This document shows, piece after piece, positions 58,031 to 64,000 of a DNA stretch of 64,000 bases; position 1 is the stretch's first letter; every line of letters starts with the position of its first letter. Made by a program: the position numbers and the translations under genes. Source of the stretch: a virus (lineage: Duplodnaviria; Caudoviricetes); IMG/VR virus record IMGVR_UViG_3300010965_000007, positions 2,602-66,601 of that record, one strand, 5' to 3'. Below the pieces are notes generated by a model, which saw only the letters and a list, made by a program, of their open reading frames with translations, was not told where the DNA came from and ran no database searches.

Positions 58031-59155
58031 TTATAAATTACATATATAGACCGTATTTGATAAACCATTTCTGGAAGTTTCGCTTCCTACTAGCAATTTG
58101 CTTCCGTTATTCGATGAACATATTTGATTTCCAAAATGATCGTCGATGTTTCCCCCAGGAACATGCATCGTTTCATTGGATTTATAATTGTCTCTTTTAT
58201 GATAAACTAAAACTGCTCCTTGCGATACCCCCATAATTCTGTGAAAAGGAGCTCCTACGAACAGAGAACTTCCGCTTCTATTTAAAGCTAATGACGATAC
58301 AAAAAGCTTTGTTTCTGATTTATGTGCGTGGCCAATTTCTGCGCTTTTTGACCACCCTTCGTCGTTTTCTGAAAAAATTAAAACACAGTTTGCATTATTA
58401 CTAGAAATAGCCACAGTTGTTCCATCGTACGAAATAGCCATTGCTGGCTTTTTATTTTGCCTAACATTTTCTATTTGATTTGTTTTTAAAATTTGTACTT
58501 TTTCTTTTTTCCATCCTTCGTCTGTTTTTGTTATTATTTGCAAAGCCAATAATTCACAATTTGGAGCTTTGAAACAAAATGCAAATCTTGACCCATTTCC
58601 AGCCATTACCCCTTCAAGAAGTTGGTATGTTTTTGGCAATACAAATCTTCTTTTTTCAACTGGCTCTTCTTCTACAGAGTATAAGCTGATACTAACCTCT
58701 TCGTTATCTTTTCCGCCAATTAATAAATCATCTCCTTTGCCTGACATCGCTATAAATAAAGGGTACCCACAGCAGTCTTCGCCATCTTGGGATATTTTAA
58801 AATTTTCTTCCCAATCGTTTTCTTTTCTCGTAAAATAATATACTGCTCCTTTTCCTCTTTTGTCGCCCCTAGCAATTACGGCGATGCTATCGCCCTGTTC
58901 TGAAACACAGATTTGGCTTCCAAATAGCGCAAATTGTGTTTTATCTGACGCTGTTTTCGACAGAATTAGTTTGTATGAGCCGTTATCCAATTGATATATT
59001 GAAATGGCTCCGCATTGTTCAACTTCATCTTCTGTATGCCTTGGAGATCCAATTACACAAATTCTTTCATCCAAACTTAAAGCCAAAGAATTTCCAAACC
59101 CACTTTCCATATGGGCTATTCTTTCTAAAGAAGCAAAAGACATTTGTGCAGGCAT
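58031..59155 (-). CDS. Stand-alone FG-GAP-like beta-propeller protein
   Basis: About 7 blades, e.g. FGNSLALS.D..ICVIGSP, FGSQICVS..GD.IAV, and SLALN.SGS.LFVGAP...GAVLVY. Confidence 0.75.
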   Translation of the reverse strand: MPAQMSFASLERIAHMESGFGNSLALSLDERICVIGSPRHTEDEVEQCGAISIYQLDNGSYKLILSKTASDKTQFALFGSQICVSEQGDSIAVIARGDKRGKGAVYYFTRKENDWEENFKISQDGEDCCGYPLFIAMSGKGDDLLIGGKDNEEVSISLYSVEEEPVEKRRFVLPKTYQLLEGVMAGNGSRFAFCFKAPNCELLALQIITKTDEGWKKEKVQILKTNQIENVRQNKKPAMAISYDGTTVAISSNNANCVLIFSENDEGWSKSAEIGHAHKSETKLFVSSLALNRSGSSLFVGAPFHRIMGVSQGAVLVYHKRDNYKSNETMHVPGGNIDDHFGNQICSSNNGSKLLVGSETSRNGLSNTVYICNL

Positions 59156-59232
59156 TGGAATCTCCGGGTTTTGTGGGCAGTGGTTAATTTAACAGCAAAG
59201 GTTTAGCTGTTAAACGGATAGGTTTGGCAGCG

Positions 59233-59433
59233 TTAAGTTTTATTTTTTTTATTTTTTTTACAAGAAGTTAAAACAAGTGATCTTAGATAGTCTTCGATTG
59301 TTTCATTTTGTTGGTCCGCTGTTTCTTTTAAAGTTTCATATTCGTCTTCTTTTAATCGAAACTTAACAACCATTACTCCTAGTGTTTGGTCTGCCGTTTT
59401 TTTTTCTTTGCTTTTAATTACCTGAGTTAACAC
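59233..59433 (-). CDS. Ribbon-helix-helix DNA-binding protein
   Basis: VVKFRLKEDEYETLKETADQQNETIEDYLRSLV is an RHH pattern. Confidence 0.7.
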   Translation of the reverse strand: MLTQVIKSKEKKTADQTLGVMVVKFRLKEDEYETLKETADQQNETIEDYLRSLVLTSCKKNKKNKT

Positions 59434-59477
59434 TTTTTACTCTCTTTTTTGAAAGATTAAAAATGCAATTATTAAAA

Positions 59478-60089
59478 TTATGAAAAACTTTTTAGATTGG
59501 AAGGAACTCCTAGTTTAATAAGTTTGTTATAAAGTTGCCATGCAATATTGCTATCATCAAAATCAGAAAGCAATTGAATGTTATTAGGTGGATATAAAAT
59601 GTATATTGCTGTGTCGTCTATTGATATTTTACCGAGCTTATTAATGCAGAATGCATGATTAGTTATTTGTAAAGTAATTGAATTTAACTCTTTAAATATC
59701 AAAAAGAATTTATTTGTTTTAATACAAGATTCCCATATTTGACTGGCTGGTAAACTACTAGATATATTTATTATATAAACTTTTCCATTTTTATTCATAA
59801 ATTCAAAAGCTTGGTCTTTTTGTTTAATATATGCAATTTCTTCTAAATTTACTACCCAAGTTTGATTTATACAAACTCCCATTTCCATCATTGATCTAAT
59901 ATCGTTTCTTACTTTAAATGCATTATTAAAACCACAATGGTTTTTTACATCATCGTAACTTTCAATTACTCCGTCTTTATAATATATACAAATTGTGCTG
60001 TCAGAGCAATTGATGGCTTCGATAGATTTTGGATTTATTATTTTTTTATCATTGATAGAATATAAATGCATTGGGACTATTTCACTCAT
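59478..60089 (-). CDS. Three-repeat beta-rich protein (LytTR-like?), paralog of 60168-60788
   Basis: About 65-aa repeats with +N...I..+ cores; shares FMNKNGK.Y / FVNKNGK.Y with its neighbour. Confidence 0.6.
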   Translation of the reverse strand: MSEIVPMHLYSINDKKIINPKSIEAINCSDSTICIYYKDGVIESYDDVKNHCGFNNAFKVRNDIRSMMEMGVCINQTWVVNLEEIAYIKQKDQAFEFMNKNGKVYIINISSSLPASQIWESCIKTNKFFLIFKELNSITLQITNHAFCINKLGKISIDDTAIYILYPPNNIQLLSDFDDSNIAWQLYNKLIKLGVPSNLKSFS

Positions 60090-60167
60090 TTTGGGCTTAT
60101 CCTTGTTAATGGCGCTTTAACATTTTTTGCATTAAAACGCTATATGGTTTATTTAGAGGCCGCCTAT

Positions 60168-60788
60168 TTAAGAGCTTTCTGTTTTGCTGTTTAAATTGCG
60201 TAAAGCGCCGTAAAGATTTTTTGCATCAATGTCTAAATCATAACAAATATTTTGTGAAAATTCTTGTTTTTCAAATACATATTGAATTTTATTATCTTTA
60301 CAATAGGTTATTTCTTTTATATTTTTTACATTAAATAAATGGTTTGCTGTTAATTTTTTGAGTTTTGTATTTATGGAAGAACAATAGTCTAAAATAGTGT
60401 CCGAATAACTGCCTTTTTTAAGATCAAATTCATAAGTTTTTCCATTTTTATTTACAAATTTAATAACTTTTATAGTTGTTTCAACTATGGCAATATTTTT
60501 CAAACTAATAATAATGTTATTTGCAATAAATATTGGGCAGGTCATTAATTCATAAATTTGCTCAAAGGTTTTTTTTCCAAACGATCCTAACTTTATTAAA
60601 ATTGTATCTCCATCTACCCATTGAATAAATAAAAGCTTTTCATTAAGCAACATCGCGTATTCAACATTGTCTGCATTAATAGATAGAGAATTGGTTACTT
60701 GAATCATTTTTGTCAAGGTATTAGTTATTTGAGATGTGCTGCTTTTTTCTACAGATTTTTGCACGTCGTTTTCAATCTGGTCATTCAT
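60168..60788 (-). CDS. Three-repeat beta-rich protein, paralog of 59478-60089
   Basis: Same repeat organisation; promoter motif at 60853. Confidence 0.6.
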   Translation of the reverse strand: MNDQIENDVQKSVEKSSTSQITNTLTKMIQVTNSLSINADNVEYAMLLNEKLLFIQWVDGDTILIKLGSFGKKTFEQIYELMTCPIFIANNIIISLKNIAIVETTIKVIKFVNKNGKTYEFDLKKGSYSDTILDYCSSINTKLKKLTANHLFNVKNIKEITYCKDNKIQYVFEKQEFSQNICYDLDIDAKNLYGALRNLNSKTESS

Positions 60789-60882
60789 GGCGTTAACTCT
60801 TAAAGTGATGATTTTAGAATTTTATAACATGTTGTTATAAAACCATATTAAGTATATGTGTCTATAAAAAAGTTTAATAATT

Positions 60883-61428
60883 CTAAGTTTCCTTAATAGT
60901 AATGAAAAAATCAGTTCCTTTTTTTTCAACATTGATTGGAAAATAACTAAGGATTTTGTAAAATCGTTTTACATCTAACGGAGATACAGAATTAGAACAA
61001 TAATCATCCATAGAGTTTCCTTCGCTTACCCAATCGTACATTAATTCTATTAACATTTCTCCTGACGATACTGCCAAAACACATTTTTTTTTGGGTAATA
61101 TTTTTTTTGAGGAAACAAGTTGCCCTTCAAAAATAGCTACTGAATATTTTTTATTTCTTAAGAAAACACCAAATCTATTTTTAATATCAAGAAACGATAC
61201 AGCTAACGAATCTTCATTTATAATTCCTCTTTTTAAATCGCAATTTTCCACAGTTAATGAATTATCCCCACACGTCATGGAACCTAACCAACCGTTTTCC
61301 GATATCCATTCTGGTTTAAATTGAATTATTGGTAATGCGGTAAATAACGCCATTAATAGTTTGTAAGTTTCTTCTATATCTTTATTTTTTATTGGATTGA
61401 GTTTTTTGGCAGTTGGTTCTTTAATCAC
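60883..61428 (-). CDS. Paralog family B member
   Basis: LP.I.F.PEW...R.GVFL.N....A+FE...F.KIL..FPIN. Confidence 0.75.
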   Translation of the reverse strand: MIKEPTAKKLNPIKNKDIEETYKLLMALFTALPIIQFKPEWISENGWLGSMTCGDNSLTVENCDLKRGIINEDSLAVSFLDIKNRFGVFLRNKKYSVAIFEGQLVSSKKILPKKKCVLAVSSGEMLIELMYDWVSEGNSMDDYCSNSVSPLDVKRFYKILSYFPINVEKKGTDFFITIKET

Positions 61429-61513
61429 AAAGTTCTCCTGATTTTATTACTAAAAAAACAACTCTGTGCGCGGCTATTAAACCGCGCGCGGTTATTTGAA
61501 ATTGCAACGTTGC

Positions 61514-61951
61514 CTAACTTATGTTAATTGGAAAACACTTTAGTATTTTAAGAAAATTGTCGTCGTCCAATTCCCTTGAAGCTGGAGATACATATTCAGC
61601 GTTTTTGTCGTTTTTACTTAATTCATTTTGAAACCCTATATCCATGTCTTTTGATATAGTTGCATGCAAATAACATCCTCCCGCGCTAGGAAAATTCTCA
61701 AAGATAACTGCCGAGCGAGTTCCATTTCTTAAATAAACGGCGCATCTTCCACAATTATCAACAAACGCAGCGGCAGCAACAGCGTCTCTACACAAAGCTC
61801 CAGCTGTTCGACACTGTTCAATTGTTAAAACCGATTTGCCGTTTACCATATTTTCAAAGGTCATAGAGCGATTTATCCAATCCGGATCGAATTTTATAGT
61901 TGGAAGTTCATTAAAAAGATCAAAGAATTTTTGATACGCTTTGTTGCTCAT
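61514..61951 (-). CDS. Paralog family B member
   Basis: LPTIKFDPDW...GRCAVYLRNG..A+IFE...FLKILKCFPIN. Confidence 0.8.
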   Translation of the reverse strand: MSNKAYQKFFDLFNELPTIKFDPDWINRSMTFENMVNGKSVLTIEQCRTAGALCRDAVAAAAFVDNCGRCAVYLRNGTRSAVIFENFPSAGGCYLHATISKDMDIGFQNELSKNDKNAEYVSPASRELDDDNFLKILKCFPINIS

Positions 61952-62094
61952 AGTTTTCTCCAGGCAAAGTTCAAATGCTCTTATCGTATTAATAAGGTTA
62001 CATTATGTAAAATATATATAGCTATTTTACATTAGGGCAATTAAAAAAAAACAGCAGCGCACGCAGCCCAAGTGCTGCGTGCCTACGGCTGGTC

Positions 62095-62562
62095 TTAGTT
62101 GACGCAGATTGGAAAAAACCCCAGGATCTGAAAGAAGAAGTCGACACTCAATGGTTGTTCTAGGGTTGGAGGCGAATAAACGCCTTTATTTTTGTTTTTC
62201 CAATATTCTTCCAATGCTGTATTCATGCTGTCGGATAACGAAGCACACAAGTCCAGCAATTCGCCGTTTGTATAGTGCTCGTATATAACCGCCGCATAAT
62301 TGCCATTTTTCAGGTAAACTCCACACCGACGATGGCTGTCGATAAACGACAAGCACGCCGCATTGTCGCGGCACAGTGCTCCGAGACTCTCGCATTGAGC
62401 CATCGTTAAGGCAGATTCTCCATTCACCATGCCGTGAAATTCCAAGGAATTCTCGGCCCACGCTGGGTTAAACCTGACTGTGGGTAATTCTCCGAAAAGA
62501 TTAAAAAACGTTTGATACGCTTTATTTTCGGTGTGGTCAGAATTTTCAGTGCAGTCGGCCAT
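62095..62562 (-). CDS. Paralog family B member
   Basis: LPTVRFNPAW...RRCGVYLKNG..AVIYE...FFQILGFFPIC. Confidence 0.8.
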   Translation of the reverse strand: MADCTENSDHTENKAYQTFFNLFGELPTVRFNPAWAENSLEFHGMVNGESALTMAQCESLGALCRDNAACLSFIDSHRRCGVYLKNGNYAAVIYEHYTNGELLDLCASLSDSMNTALEEYWKNKNKGVYSPPTLEQPLSVDFFFQILGFFPICVN

Positions 62563-62634
62563 GTTGCTCTCCGGTCAGATTGAGACACTCTTACCATTAT
62601 GATAAGGTTATGTCTATTTGTTTATATGTGACTG
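62560..62634 (-). repeat. Copy of a shared ~75-bp promoter + 5'UTR + RBS cassette
   Basis: ctctccggtcagattgagacactcttaccattatgataaggttatgtctatttgtttatatgtgact (plus strand). Confidence 0.85.
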
Positions 62635-62742
62635 TTTATTTTTAGAATGCTAAAAAAATTAACAACGCGCAATGGCTAGGCCAGCAACATTATTAATTTT
62701 AATTTTAATAGATTTCTAATTATAATTGCGAATGGTTTTTTG

Positions 62743-63117
62743 TTACAACAGAACGATTGTGTTTGTTAAAACCTCCTGAAGTGTCCATTGAGGCTCAAGC
62801 ATTTCAATCCGATCATACTGAGAAACGATGGGATTGCTTCTCAGAGCTTCTCTCGCAACCCCTTTAAGATAAGCCTGAACTACCAGCTTATCAAATAGTA
62901 GGTTGTTGGGGTCGGAAAGAATTAGCGGGGCAGAAGGCCCAACAGGTTGTTTTGGCGAAGGAGCAGGAGTGTTTCCTGTACCTTCGTTTAGTATTTCTTT
63001 GCCAAACTCGCACGCCGGAATAAGCTCCGACATTCGGAAAGCCAGAATCGCTTGGATGCCTGGAGCAATGTCATCCAGGAGTTTTGCGAAATATACGATA
63101 TTGCCATCTGCTATCAT
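62743..63117 (-). CDS. Hypothetical protein
   Basis: 124 aa; promoter motif at 63180. Confidence 0.55.
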   Translation of the reverse strand: MIADGNIVYFAKLLDDIAPGIQAILAFRMSELIPACEFGKEILNEGTGNTPAPSPKQPVGPSAPLILSDPNNLLFDKLVVQAYLKGVAREALRSNPIVSQYDRIEMLEPQWTLQEVLTNTIVLL

Positions 63118-63303
63118 AAAGCCCTCTTTTTGGTAGTTAACGGGAAACAGTTTAGTTCTATTTAAAGAACCATAATAAGTATATATAACTGTTTTTTTAT
63201 TACCAAAAAAAATATTATTTTTTTTAATTAATTTTTTATAGTTTAGCGAACAGTGAAAGCATTTAATCCTTTTAATGCTTTCACTGTTCGCTAAACTACG
63301 CGG

Positions 63304-63870
63304 CTATTCCGGATCAATGTCTATGGGAAAGAGTTTCAAGATCTCCAGGAGGCCGTCGAAGGTTATTTCGGATGCCACCGGAGAACAGAAATTCATACGG
63401 TCCGGATTTTTCACTCCCGCCTTTTTAGCTTCGTTTTCCCAGTTGAAAAACAGGGCGCGCACGAGTTCATCGCAGCTATTAGATACCAGCCTATAGCTGT
63501 CCTCGCCGCTATAGCGTTCAAATATAGCTATTCTGATTCGGGCAAAGTATTGAGAGCTTTGGTCAAAGCACAAAGGAGAGCCGTCTTTTTCTTTTTCCAG
63601 ATAAACCCCTCTTCTGCCGTCGTCCGTTATAAACGACGCAGCTACAGTCACTTCAGCTGGCGTCGTTTCCTCGTTTCTCAAATACATGCCGCCCAATGTG
63701 GCGCAGTCGGCCGTATTGAGAGACGAAGGGCCGTTGATTATTCCGTTCATGTAGCCAGTGCCGTTGTGCCACTCTTGCATGAAAGGGATTCTAGGCAAGA
63801 CTTCGTGAAGAATTACGAACTGCGCATGAGCTCTTTGAATCGGGTTTAGTTGTTTGATTGTGCCAGCCAT
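63304..63870 (-). CDS. Paralog family B member
   Basis: LPRIPFMQEW.NG...GRRGVYL...IAIFE...LLEILKLFPID. Confidence 0.8.
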   Translation of the reverse strand: MAGTIKQLNPIQRAHAQFVILHEVLPRIPFMQEWHNGTGYMNGIINGPSSLNTADCATLGGMYLRNEETTPAEVTVAASFITDDGRRGVYLEKEKDGSPLCFDQSSQYFARIRIAIFERYSGEDSYRLVSNSCDELVRALFFNWENEAKKAGVKNPDRMNFCSPVASEITFDGLLEILKLFPIDIDPE

Positions 63871-63942
63871 GTTTCTCTCCGGTCAAATTGAGACACTCTT
63901 ACCATTATGATAAGGTTATGTCTATTTGTTTATATGTGACTA
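63868..63942 (-). repeat. Copy of a shared ~75-bp promoter + 5'UTR + RBS cassette
   Basis: Differs from the 62560 copy at only a few positions. Confidence 0.85.
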
Positions 63943-64000
63943 TTTTTTTTTGCAAAAAAAAACAATATTGGCATCTGGACGCCAGTAATGGCGTCCAGAC

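Noticed and set aside
63239-63298. 25-bp perfect-stem hairpin
   Set aside because: It lies directly after a stop codon with a following T-run, so it is best explained as an ordinary though long terminator.

Overview
AT-rich 64-kb segment of a nucleus-forming, phiKZ-like jumbo phage (Chimalliviridae). No host can be assigned from the sequence. Recognisable core genes are the nuclear-shell protein chimallin (chmA), a PicA/Imp1-like importer, a probable ChmC, two non-virion RNA polymerase subunits (gp68-like and the catalytic DFDGD beta' subunit), a divergent family-B DNA polymerase, an SbcD-like nuclease, thymidylate kinase, terminase large subunit, tail sheath, probable tail tube and neighbouring virion proteins. 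There are three tRNA genes. Accessory regions are built from promoter-leader-gene-terminator cassettes, with several paralog expansions and about 20 copies of an early-promoter-like motif. The most unusual element lies in the 1.1-kb gap between chmA and the RNAP beta' gene. It is an array of eight repeats, each reading on the sense (minus) strand as a Shine-Dalgarno-like AGGTG followed by ATG-CCG-CCS-VAR-TAA. This is a 4-codon Met-Pro-Pro-(Glu/Lys/Gln) minigene, and most copies are followed by a GC-richer, predicted-structured RNA segment. Family and homologue assignments come from remembered motifs and synteny, not from database searches.
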